Notes under the pieces: generated by a model
What the model saw: the letters and a program-made list of their open reading frames with translations, nothing else
Database searches by the model: none
Told to the model about the DNA's origin: nothing
Source of the DNA: Desulfobacterales bacterium
Lineage (GTDB): Bacteria; Desulfobacterota; Desulfobacteria; Desulfobacterales; UBA2174
Length of the DNA: 64,000 nt
Direction of reading: 5' to 3'
Assembly: GCA_963668645.2 (NCBI GenBank)
Contig: CAXXWC010000010.1
Location: 224,001-288,000, forward strand
Translations under genes and position numbers: made by a program
Shown here: positions 8,775 to 17,694 of the stretch, piece by piece
Layout: each line of letters starts with the position of its first letter
How positions within the stretch are numbered: position 1 is the stretch's first letter

Positions 8775-9502
8775 AACTGATCCAAACAGCCATCATCTTC
8801 GATAGAGGCAAAGTCGCCATGACGGCCGGCTGGCGTTCTACGTATGAGGCGTACGCTGCAACGATCCCTGAGATGGTTAATCCACCCGGGAACGACTGTT
8901 TCGCTATCCGGAAAAAGACACCCAAACTGGATAAAAACGGGAAGAAGACCTCCCAATGGAACCGCAACGGGGTTGGCCCCATCAAGCTGCAGTTCCATCG
9001 ACTCATGGCCGAACGGGGCTGGACGCCGGAAGCCCCCCTCGACCTTAGCCCGTATTTCCAGAGCGAGAAGGTACGGCCTTACCGTTTGTATCCCAGCCTC
9101 GAAGAGCAAAGGATCAGCGAGGACGTGTCGGTGGGGGATTTCGATTTCTGGTTCAGAACCAAAGACGGTACGCGAACGGCGATTGAATGGGAAACCGGCA
9201 ACATCTCTTCGTCACATCGTTCCGTGAACAAGCTGTGCATAGCGCTTAGCGCCGGTCTCGTTGATGCTGCCGTTCTTATCGTTCCAAGCCGCATGACGTA
9301 TCCCCACCTTACTGACCGGATAGGTAATTGGAATGAGCTGCGCCCCTATATCGCCTTCTGGCAGACCTACGGAAGGTCTCTAAAGCGTGGTCTGCTTGCA
9401 ATGACCGTCTGGGAGCACGACGAGATTGCTGATGACGACTCGGTCCCTTACATCAAGGCCGGAGTTGAAGGAAGAAGCGCGGAAGGGCTGGCAAAGGTAT
9501 AG
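8771..9502 (+). CDS. BamHI-family type II restriction endonuclease
   Basis: GDFDF...IEWETGNISSSHRSVNK and LTDRIGNWNEL closely follow BamHI catalytic and recognition segments. Confidence 0.88.
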   Translation: MKLIQTAIIFDRGKVAMTAGWRSTYEAYAATIPEMVNPPGNDCFAIRKKTPKLDKNGKKTSQWNRNGVGPIKLQFHRLMAERGWTPEAPLDLSPYFQSEKVRPYRLYPSLEEQRISEDVSVGDFDFWFRTKDGTRTAIEWETGNISSSHRSVNKLCIALSAGLVDAAVLIVPSRMTYPHLTDRIGNWNELRPYIAFWQTYGRSLKRGLLAMTVWEHDEIADDDSVPYIKAGVEGRSAEGLAKV

Positions 9503-9539
9503 GAAACGGGCTCGCATCGGTTGGCTCAACATTATCAAG

Positions 9540-10907
9540 CTACTGCTTCTGTAACATCAGGATGAATTCACGGCGCATTGTGTTCGAAATCCCCGTAATC
9601 GGGCGGCTCATCTCTTTCACGAGCTTGAACCCATGCCCGTCTGCCAGTTCAACCAGTATCCGGTGAAGGCCGGGGACATCCTCGGGTGACACGTTCAGTA
9701 CCTTGCTGAGCTGGTTGCTGTTTGTGCCGACTACGATCGTGCAGATCCGACCCTTGCACAGCACACGCCCACACTCGGCGAGAACCTTGTCCATGTCTTC
9801 CTTGTAAAGCGCGAACTTGTCGGCCAACCTGCGCCCTCGCAGCCCGACCATCCGGGTCCGCAATTCCTCGGCATCGACTCCAAGAAAGTTCAGGTGGAAA
9901 GAGTCGTTTGCCAGGTAGTCCACCGCGAAACTGTATGGCGGGGAGAAAATTACTCCGTCAATGCTGCAATCCTCTATCGTCAGGTCGCGCGCGTCGCCCT
10001 CAAGAATCCGTGCCGTTCCGAGTTCCGACTCCACGCCCTTGAGTACCGCCTGGATCTTCTCCGCCACAAACACGTACCGTTCCAGGATGGCCCTGAACTG
10101 CTCAAGCGGCGGCTTCCGCTTGCTCCGTTCGGAATACCCGGCGCTGTCGAGATAGGCGAGCAGCAGGAAGGCGTACGTGTCTGACGTGTCCCGGTCCTTC
10201 TTGCTGAGGTCCTCGCGATCCCCGGCCGTCACGTACTCGGCGGCCGATTCCATAACCTCCATGTACCCTTGGGCCGGTTTGCGCATGCTCACTTTGCTAC
10301 CGATGGGGGGCTTGCCGACGCGCCCCTTGAAGTACTCGAATACCTCCTCGTAGTTGCCAAGAGCACGCTTGGCACGCGTCAATGACATCGTAAGCGCATC
10401 AACCTTTGTTTGTGCCATGAAGCGGCAAAAGGGGCTTGCATCCACGCCGACGGAATGAATACCCATGAGGGCCGCCTCCACCGGAACCGTTCCCGACCCC
10501 ATCATAGGATCCAGAACCGTTTCTCCAGGTTCCAAGCCCATTGTGTTGATGATCCCTTTGATCATCTGCGGGTGGAACTTGCCGCGGTAAGGGAAAAGGC
10601 CGTGCGTTCCGTACCCCGTTCGGAAGATGTTCTTCTCGAAGAAGGACTTGAGGCGGGATGATGAATGGTCGGGTAGCTTCAGGGGGTTGCCCGTGCACAT
10701 CAGGAAATGCCGAGTCGGCTCCCCACCGACACTGGCGAAATACGCCCCGTTCCGCAACAATCCAGCGTCGTCGAGAACCAGGTTTTCGTAAAAGGCTAGC
10801 TCCAACTCGTAAATGTCACTGAGATTCGGAAGGATCTTCCGCTCGGGCGGAAAGAGCTTGGCCGCCATGTCCTGCGATAACATTTCTGTCAGTCTGTCGC
10901 CCTTCAC
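9540..10907 (-). CDS. Amino-DNA methyltransferase, alpha-type motif order (probably m4C)
   Basis: THGLFPYRGKFHPQ; motif I LDPMMGSGT precedes motif IV FSPPY; GTG start. Confidence 0.85.
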   Translation of the reverse strand: MKGDRLTEMLSQDMAAKLFPPERKILPNLSDIYELELAFYENLVLDDAGLLRNGAYFASVGGEPTRHFLMCTGNPLKLPDHSSSRLKSFFEKNIFRTGYGTHGLFPYRGKFHPQMIKGIINTMGLEPGETVLDPMMGSGTVPVEAALMGIHSVGVDASPFCRFMAQTKVDALTMSLTRAKRALGNYEEVFEYFKGRVGKPPIGSKVSMRKPAQGYMEVMESAAEYVTAGDREDLSKKDRDTSDTYAFLLLAYLDSAGYSERSKRKPPLEQFRAILERYVFVAEKIQAVLKGVESELGTARILEGDARDLTIEDCSIDGVIFSPPYSFAVDYLANDSFHLNFLGVDAEELRTRMVGLRGRRLADKFALYKEDMDKVLAECGRVLCKGRICTIVVGTNSNQLSKVLNVSPEDVPGLHRILVELADGHGFKLVKEMSRPITGISNTMRREFILMLQKQ

Positions 10908-10914
10908 GCAACCT

Positions 10915-11844
10915 TCACCCCTCTATGAAATCCCCGGTATTATGAGGACTCAGATCGCCGTTTTGCAGCCGCTCGATGATCACGTCACAGCTCTCCATCT
11001 CGATCCCGATCCATTGCCGGTTCAGCCGTTCACAGACATCGAAGGTCGTTCCGCTGCCGCCGAACGGATCTAACACGATATCACCCTCTTCCGTCGAAAG
11101 GTTGACCACCCGCTCCAGGATCTTGGTTGAGAGTTGATTCGCCGAACGCTTCCGGCTTTTGAACTTCCAGTGCCTTACCGGCGTGATGTCATTCCACACA
11201 TCGGTCAGGTTCACTCCGTTTGGATTCATTGCGCCCCGGTGACCGCCGTAGTCCTTGATTTCGCCCCCGCAGTGCCGGCACGTCTCAATCGGTGTACGGA
11301 TCTTCTTGAACGTCTTGGGTTTGCCCTTCGTGTAGTAGAGCAGGCTGTAGTGAGAGGGATATAGACGCCCCGGAATCGGAAGAGACAGTTTGATGTTGAT
11401 TGCGATCCAGTGCCGGAAATCGAGGCCACCCTCTGATAGATAAGCGCCGATCAGGACATTCCACTTGGGAAGATTGTAGATGAAGACGGCCCCACCGGGC
11501 TTGATGATCCGAATACACTCATCAAGCCAGCGTTTGCACCATCGAACGTATTCCCCGTTTGGCCGGTCATCGTTGACCTTCCTACCGTATTCTTTTGCCA
11601 GATTGAATGGTGGATCGGCAAAGACCGTATCAATGCTCTCGTCTGCGATGTGCGGAATTATGTCGAGACAGTCGCCTTCGTAAAGGACACCTCGGGAAGT
11701 CTGGAACACCGGGTTCATGGGCAGAGGGGTGCCGTTTACGCCTGTCTTGTCCCAGAGGTCGACTCGATCTAGCAGCGGAAGGCTCATATCGCCGGCATTG
11801 TCCAGACATGGAAATTTACTTTTCGGAAAACGCGGCGACTTCAT
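10915..11844 (-). CDS. M.BamHI-like beta-class N4-cytosine DNA methyltransferase
   Basis: Motif IV ADPPFN precedes motif I LDPFGGSGTT; AAGGAGG RBS supports the ATG at 11844. Confidence 0.88.
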   Translation of the reverse strand: MKSPRFPKSKFPCLDNAGDMSLPLLDRVDLWDKTGVNGTPLPMNPVFQTSRGVLYEGDCLDIIPHIADESIDTVFADPPFNLAKEYGRKVNDDRPNGEYVRWCKRWLDECIRIIKPGGAVFIYNLPKWNVLIGAYLSEGGLDFRHWIAINIKLSLPIPGRLYPSHYSLLYYTKGKPKTFKKIRTPIETCRHCGGEIKDYGGHRGAMNPNGVNLTDVWNDITPVRHWKFKSRKRSANQLSTKILERVVNLSTEEGDIVLDPFGGSGTTFDVCERLNRQWIGIEMESCDVIIERLQNGDLSPHNTGDFIEG

Positions 11845-12044
11845 TTGATTTGTTGCCTCCTTGGCTGCCGTCAACAACATACGCCCCCCTTTGTCGAACC
11901 GCCAAAACACCGGATGCACCCTACCCCGCGCCCTATCGGCCGTCAAGACCCGCATCATCCAATTGACACCCCACTCTCCTATCCCCTCCCCAATCCCCGC
12001 ACATCCCTCCTAAAGACAGGATTCATCCAGGTCCGGCAAATATC

Positions 12045-12261
12045 TCTTCCCAGATAAAGAGGATCGGCAAAATCAAAACAATGGCCCGCCCGCGTGCCTG
12101 GGGCACAGGCGGCCAGGGGGAAGGAAACGATGCGGCCGGCGCGGCCGGCGCGGCGGATCAGGCCACTGCGGCCGGGCGGCGGGTTTCGAGCATCGCCTCG
12201 ATGCGGGTGCGCAATTGGCCCAGGTCGCTCTGGGAGTAGTCCGATTCGATCTTTAAAAACG
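12045..12261. repeat. Right copy of ~210-bp direct repeat flanking the R-M cassette
   Basis: Matches 8249-8455 with a few substitutions and an extra gcggccggc unit. Confidence 0.95.
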
Positions 12262-13333
12262 GCAGGCCGCAGGTTTCCTTGACATGGACCCCGACCTTGG
12301 CCGATTCGACATTGTAGCCGTGGCAGCTTTGCAGCACGAAGTCGATGACCGCATCGGGCTTGAAGTCGGCGATCATCTGGCTCAGGGCGGTCAGGCGCCG
12401 CTCGTTGGGGGTCATGCAGGCACAGGGGATCTCGAGGTAGCGCCGCGCGATGGCGCCGCACGGGTCGCCGGTGTTCTCCTCGATCTGCCCGACGAAGGAC
12501 TTGATGCCGGTGCAGTTGTCCGGCAGGACCACCACCCCGCCGGCCTCCTCGACCAGACGGTAGATCTTGGTGGCATCGCCGCCGATGGGGCACCCGCTCA
12601 CCAGCACCCGCGGGGCCGAGGCCGGTGCCGCGCACTGGCCGGTGTCGACCCGGCGCTGCAATTTTTCCGGCAAAGGCGCCAGCCGTTCGATGGCATCCTG
12701 GGGCGTGGCGGCCTGGGCGAAAAAACCGATGTCGTAGATCTCCTGCCAGCTGAGCACCGACGGGACCCGGGCGGCGAAATCGAAGATCTCCTGCATCAGC
12801 CGGTTGCGCCGGTTGCTGGCGACGATGGTGCTCTCGAGGCGTTCTTCGTCATAGGCCACACCGAGGTTGGCGCCCAGAAAGCCGGCCAGGCTGCGGATCA
12901 TGCCGCGCCACTGGTGCTGGGCCCCGCCGCGGTCGGGCAGTTGGGGCAGGTCCATCACGAAAAGCGGCTTGATGTCGGCGATCAGCTCGAACATCTTCTT
13001 TTTTCCGTCGCAGGTGGTCTCGGCGATCACCACCTGGGCAAGGCCAAAAAACGGGCAGGTCCCTTCGATGATGAACCCGTAGCTCGACTTGATCAGAGGA
13101 CAGAGGTTGGCCGGCAGGACGGTTTCGGCCGCCGGAATCGGAACGGCCGAAAAGGCGCACAGGACCGCCGGGGTGACATCCATGGCATGGAAAAGCTCCA
13201 TCGGTGCGTAGCCGCAGTAAATCCCGGCCACCGGACTCCCGGCGGCCTTTCGGGCCTTGACGTACTGGAGCACCCGCTTGGCCGGTTCGCCGTCGAATCC
13301 GTCGTTCATCAGGGGCTGGTCGAAGGTTTGCAT
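12158..13333 (-). CDS. 2-hydroxyacyl-CoA dehydratase family protein, double-cubane-cluster reductase type
   Basis: Cys motifs GIYCGY, NLCPLIKSSYG, TCPFF, ETTCDGKKK, DNCTG, IPCACMTPN, QSCHGY and C-terminal IESDYS; AGGAG RBS before MQTFDQ. Confidence 0.85.
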   Translation of the reverse strand: MQTFDQPLMNDGFDGEPAKRVLQYVKARKAAGSPVAGIYCGYAPMELFHAMDVTPAVLCAFSAVPIPAAETVLPANLCPLIKSSYGFIIEGTCPFFGLAQVVIAETTCDGKKKMFELIADIKPLFVMDLPQLPDRGGAQHQWRGMIRSLAGFLGANLGVAYDEERLESTIVASNRRNRLMQEIFDFAARVPSVLSWQEIYDIGFFAQAATPQDAIERLAPLPEKLQRRVDTGQCAAPASAPRVLVSGCPIGGDATKIYRLVEEAGGVVVLPDNCTGIKSFVGQIEENTGDPCGAIARRYLEIPCACMTPNERRLTALSQMIADFKPDAVIDFVLQSCHGYNVESAKVGVHVKETCGLPFLKIESDYSQSDLGQLRTRIEAMLETRRPAAVA

Positions 13334-13573
13334 GCTCAAGACTCCTTTTGCCATCGGTTGCCGGACGCGGCGCAATGGTCCACCACAGATGTCTGTTTTT
13401 AGGTGTCCACAGAAATGTTGTCAATTCGCTTTAATTAATAACGAATTGAAATGGCATCATTTTTTCGAATGGCCGGATGCAACCCAGGCGTGGCCAGAAG
13501 CGGTGAGAATGAAGCTTGACACCACCTGGGTGTACGGTACAACGGTTTAAACTGCTTGATCTGACGCGCAACT

Positions 13574-13768
13574 TTGCTTGCGGAGAAAGGTAAAGGGGAT
13601 TTACAAATCATCGGCCTGGATATCTCGGGAGATGGCACAATCAAGGATGTGGCTGAATACTACGCTCAAATGGGCTGCCGAGTCGAAATCCTCACGGGCG
13701 ACGCAGGGCTGAAGGTTTATGAACCTGCTTCTCCAACAGAAGTCCCCAGACGGAAACAACGGCGTTGA
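13574..13768 (+). pseudogene. C-terminal fragment of a PIN-like protein
   Basis: GDGTIKDVAEYY...VEILTGDAGLK resembles the PIN D..I / LTxD end; no N-terminal part or good start. Confidence 0.45.
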
Positions 13769-13836
13769 GAGAGATAATCATCCACGAAGACCCGGATAAT
13801 GTCCAGCCCGGTCCAGGTGACGATGGAAAAACATAG

Positions 13837-14838
13837 ATGACCAAGACAAGCACCTGCCGACCGCCCTACACCATCACCCCGGCCATCGTGAACCTGGTGG
13901 CACAGATCGGCGAAGGACTCGGCCGCCTCTCCGCAATGGGCGATACCGCCGCAACCCTGCGACTGCGGCGCGCCAACCGCATCCGCACCATCCGCGGTTC
14001 GCTCGCCATTGAGGGCAATACCCTGACCGAGGCCCAGATCACCGCCATCCTGGACGGCAAGCGGGTCATGGCCCCGCCGCGCGAAATACAGGAGGTGTGC
14101 AACGCCATTGAAGCTTATGACCGTTTCGAAAAGTGGCGCCCGGAAGCGGAAAAGGACCTGCTGGAAGCCCATCACGTCCTGATGGCCGGCCTGATCGATG
14201 AAATCGGTGTCTATCGGAGCGGCGATGTGGGTGTCATGGGCGACGGCCGGGTGATCCACATGGCGCCTCCGGCGAGTCGCGTCCCGCCGTTGATGCAGGC
14301 ACTTCTTGGTTGGCTTGCCGTCGGCGATGCCCATCCCCTGATTGCCGGTTCGGTCTTCCACTATGAATTCGAGTTCATACATCCTTTTGCCGATGGCAAC
14401 GGCCGCCTGGGTCGGCTTTGGCAGACGCTGATCCTGACCCGCTGGAACCCGCTGTTTGCCGACATCCAGGCGGAAAGCCTGGTGCATGCGCACCAGGACG
14501 CATATTGCCGGGCCCTGCAGGAAAGCACGAAACAGACCGACGCGGCGCCGTTTATCGAATTCATGCTCGGGGTTGTTTACGATGCCATAAAGACCGCCCC
14601 CCAAGTCAAGCGTTTGCTTGAGCTAATCGATGGGGAAATGTCCCGCGAAGCGCTTCAGCGCGCCCTGGAATTGCAGGATCGCAAGTCGTTTCGAGAACGC
14701 TACCTCAACCCGGCCTTGGCTCAGGGGCTGATTGAAATGACCATTGCCGACAAGCCCAACAGCCGTCTGCAGCAATACCGGCTTACTGGGAAGGGGAAAC
14801 AGATAGTAGATCGGCAGCCATCACACAGTAAACGATGA
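13837..14838 (+). CDS. Fic family protein with C-terminal HTH
   Basis: HPFADGNGRLGR catalytic loop; N-terminal inhibitory-type motif SLAIEG; C-terminal RYLNPAL...KPNSRLQQYRLT. Confidence 0.93.
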   Translation: MTKTSTCRPPYTITPAIVNLVAQIGEGLGRLSAMGDTAATLRLRRANRIRTIRGSLAIEGNTLTEAQITAILDGKRVMAPPREIQEVCNAIEAYDRFEKWRPEAEKDLLEAHHVLMAGLIDEIGVYRSGDVGVMGDGRVIHMAPPASRVPPLMQALLGWLAVGDAHPLIAGSVFHYEFEFIHPFADGNGRLGRLWQTLILTRWNPLFADIQAESLVHAHQDAYCRALQESTKQTDAAPFIEFMLGVVYDAIKTAPQVKRLLELIDGEMSREALQRALELQDRKSFRERYLNPALAQGLIEMTIADKPNSRLQQYRLTGKGKQIVDRQPSHSKR

Positions 14839-15688
14839 TCTTGGCGGCGATCTTGGCGGCGGTGAATTCGGAGACCTGGGTGCCGGGAATCTTGGCCAGC
14901 TCGTTGATGTCGGCCCCCACCACCTGGCGCCGGGCCCCCACGGCGCGGATCAGGGCCACAAGCTGGCGGTAGCTCAGCCCGCCCGGCTCGGGGGTGCCGG
15001 TGCCGGGGACCACGGCCGGATCGAGGCCGTCGAGATCGATGGTGATATAGACCCGGGTCGGCAGTCGCTCGACGACATCATCGATCCAGCCCGTGTCATT
15101 GGGATCGATCCGGTGGGCGTAGACCGGGCGCAGCCCGTTTTCCACCACATAGCGGTGCTCTTCGGACGAAAAGCTGCGGATGCCAACCTGCACGAAGGGC
15201 AGCCGGGCCTCGTCGGCCACCCGCCGCATGACGCAGGCATGATTGTAGCGGCTTCCGTTCCAGCTGTCGCGAAGATCGAGATGGGCGTCGACCTGCAAAA
15301 TCCCGGCGTCGGGAAACCGTTCGGCCAAGGCCAGCGCAGGACCGATGGTGATGGCATGGTCCCCGCCGAGACAGAGGGGAAAGCGGCCCGCGTTGAATAC
15401 GGCCGCCGCCGCCTCGCGCATGGCGGCCACGGCCGCCTCGGGGCCGGCGGCCGGATTCAGGGGAAGCGCGGTGTGAATCGGCACCCGGGTCCAATCGAGG
15501 AGGGTTTCCTCGTCCAGGCGCTCCAGGGCGTCGGAAGCGGCCAGCAGGTGCAGCGGGCCTTTAGCACTGCCGGCGCCGTAGCTGGCCCCTGCTTCGTAGC
15601 AAAAAGGGAGGATGACCACCCGGGCCTGATCCGGGGGGACGTTGGCAATCTCGCTGGCCGCGAAGCTGGCCGCAGAGACCGTATCCAT
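14783..15688 (-). CDS. speB: Agmatinase
   Basis: GGDHAIT, DAHLDLRD, TIDLDGLDP, GTGTPEPGG; follows arginine decarboxylase. Confidence 0.93.
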   Translation of the reverse strand: MDTVSAASFAASEIANVPPDQARVVILPFCYEAGASYGAGSAKGPLHLLAASDALERLDEETLLDWTRVPIHTALPLNPAAGPEAAVAAMREAAAAVFNAGRFPLCLGGDHAITIGPALALAERFPDAGILQVDAHLDLRDSWNGSRYNHACVMRRVADEARLPFVQVGIRSFSSEEHRYVVENGLRPVYAHRIDPNDTGWIDDVVERLPTRVYITIDLDGLDPAVVPGTGTPEPGGLSYRQLVALIRAVGARRQVVGADINELAKIPGTQVSEFTAAKIAAKIIVYCVMAADLLSVSPSQ

Positions 15689-15693
15689 GGCAC

Positions 15694-16239
15694 TTAACTG
15701 ACGAACAGGGCCGCAGCCAGAACCGTGGTCCAGAAATTGCCTTCGGCGCCCAAGGCCGCCTGGCTGGTGTGCTGGGAGTCGACGATCTTGCCGGACATCA
15801 TGTAGACCTCCCGGCGTTCGTCGTAGTCTTTGCTCGCATCGAATTCAATGCCGAGGGTGTTGGCCAACATCGAGGCGGCCAGATCCTCGGCATATTCTCC
15901 GGCTTCCTGCTCGGTCTGCCCGTAACCGTGGTGTTCGGACAGATAGCCGTACATCCCCGTTTCCGAGGGCAGGGCCAAGCCGATGGAGGCCACGAGGCGC
16001 CGGCCCGGCTCCTTGCTCTCCTCGCGGGCCATGACACAGTGGGTGATTTCACCGGGTTCGAGGCGCGTCAGACCGGTATCGATGTCAACGATGTTGCAAT
16101 GCGGCGGGAAAATGGACGAGACTGTCACGAGATTCAGATGGGCGATGCGGGCATTGCGCAGGGCGTTTTCGAAAGAAGCCAGTTTTTCCCTGGCAACACC
16201 GACCCCTTTGGTAAAAAACATGTATCTCGGAACATACAT
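15694..16239 (-). CDS. pdaD: Pyruvoyl-dependent arginine decarboxylase
   Basis: NLVTVSSIFPP self-cleavage motif and YGYLSEHH; operon with speB. Confidence 0.92.
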   Translation of the reverse strand: MYVPRYMFFTKGVGVAREKLASFENALRNARIAHLNLVTVSSIFPPHCNIVDIDTGLTRLEPGEITHCVMAREESKEPGRRLVASIGLALPSETGMYGYLSEHHGYGQTEQEAGEYAEDLAASMLANTLGIEFDASKDYDERREVYMMSGKIVDSQHTSQAALGAEGNFWTTVLAAALFVS

Positions 16240-16322
16240 TTTTCAATCCTCCTCGCCCCTGTGATAATACCGCGTCTGCGGCCAAATGGCGCCATAAATA
16301 GTGACTCTACGCGAGGCTGTCA

Positions 16323-16685
16323 ATGAAAAAGCACGCAGTTGGTCCGCCGTTGGGAAAACCGTCCACAGCGCCTCGAATCATGCTCGACCTGTCGCGCCAC
16401 TGCATCCAGACCGCCTTGCGACGATGCTACGAAACACGGGTGGCCCGGTATTTTAAATCCGATGCGCCACAGGACGTCCTGGAAACGGAAATCGATCTGC
16501 TGCAACGCGCCCTGGAAACCCTCGATTTCGGCGCCCTGCGCAGCCGTTGGCCCGCCCTGGCCGGAGGGCATCGGGTTCCGGTCGTATTCACGATGGCCGG
16601 GGACCGGATCGCGATCGAACTTTCAAACGAGACGATCCTTGCTCCCCTGCGCCGCGGGGTTTTAAACTTGAAATCGGAAAGTTGA
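16323..16685 (+). CDS. Hypothetical protein
   Basis: Plausible protein composition filling the gap between pdaD and the SLT gene; start may be the ATG at 16380. Confidence 0.5.
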   Translation: MKKHAVGPPLGKPSTAPRIMLDLSRHCIQTALRRCYETRVARYFKSDAPQDVLETEIDLLQRALETLDFGALRSRWPALAGGHRVPVVFTMAGDRIAIELSNETILAPLRRGVLNLKSES

Positions 16686-16841
16686 AAGCGGTCCCCGGCA
16701 GCCTGCCGGATAAACAAGTATCGGGTTGTCAGACAAGGCACGACCGAATTCGAAAAACGCAGCAGGTTGGGCAGATGTACGCAGTTTCGAAATCGGTCGC
16801 AACGCCGCATGGCGGCTCGAACGCCGTTCATCCACAGGCTG

Positions 16842-17555
16842 TCAGGCGTCCTTGGAAGCGCTTTGGCCCTGGCTGGCCTGCCGGTAGCAATCGTAGTAGG
16901 CCAGAACCTTTTTCACATAGCGCCGGGTGGTCTGGTATGGCGGGATTCCCTGGTGGCGCCGGACATTGCTCGGACCGGCGTTGTAGGCGGCCAGGGCCAG
17001 GGTCGGATCACCGTCGAAACGATCAATCAGCTGGCGAAAATAGCGTACCCCGGCGGTGATGTTGTGCTCCGGATCGAAGCTGTCCGAAACCCCGAGCATG
17101 TCGGCGGTCTCCGGCATCAGCTGCATCAGGCCCTGGGCGCCCCGGTGGGAGACAGCCCTGGGGTCGTAGCCGGATTCGGCCATGATGATGGCCTTGACCA
17201 GGGCCGGATTGATCTTGTAGCGGTGCGCCACTTTATGGATGATCGCCTGGTAAAGGTGCACCGTGCGGCGCACCTGGCGCGTATACTCCGGGGGATTGAT
17301 CCGCGGAGTTGGCGCCGGGGTCCTGAGCGCGACCTTGGCCTGCCGGGCCGGGCCGCTTGCAGCCTGCACCGGTGGGGCTTCCCGGATCTGTTTAACGGCC
17401 AAGATTGGCTGGTTCGTCACCGGACTCGCTTCTTTTATCCGCCGCACCGTCGCGTCGGTCACCCATATCGTTCCGCAGCAAAGCGCCAGAATCAGCAGGC
17501 GGGACCGGCGGCGGGCGGTGGAGCGGTCCGGACGTCTGAACGCGGGATCCTCCAT
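16842..17555 (-). CDS. Lytic transglycosylase (SLT domain)
   Basis: AIIMAESG, GAQGLMQLMP, ALAAYNAG; N-terminal membrane anchor; AGGAGG RBS. Confidence 0.93.
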   Translation of the reverse strand: MEDPAFRRPDRSTARRRSRLLILALCCGTIWVTDATVRRIKEASPVTNQPILAVKQIREAPPVQAASGPARQAKVALRTPAPTPRINPPEYTRQVRRTVHLYQAIIHKVAHRYKINPALVKAIIMAESGYDPRAVSHRGAQGLMQLMPETADMLGVSDSFDPEHNITAGVRYFRQLIDRFDGDPTLALAAYNAGPSNVRRHQGIPPYQTTRRYVKKVLAYYDCYRQASQGQSASKDA

Positions 17556-17694
17556 TTTTAACCTCCTGTGCAACAAATTCACTGGGGGATTTTGTTTATT
17601 GGAATCGAGAGGTTATGTCAACCCCAAGGAATGGTAGCCGCCAGGGCGGCGGCTACCATATATGCGGGAGGCTGTAGAAAGGACGGTCGCCGGT

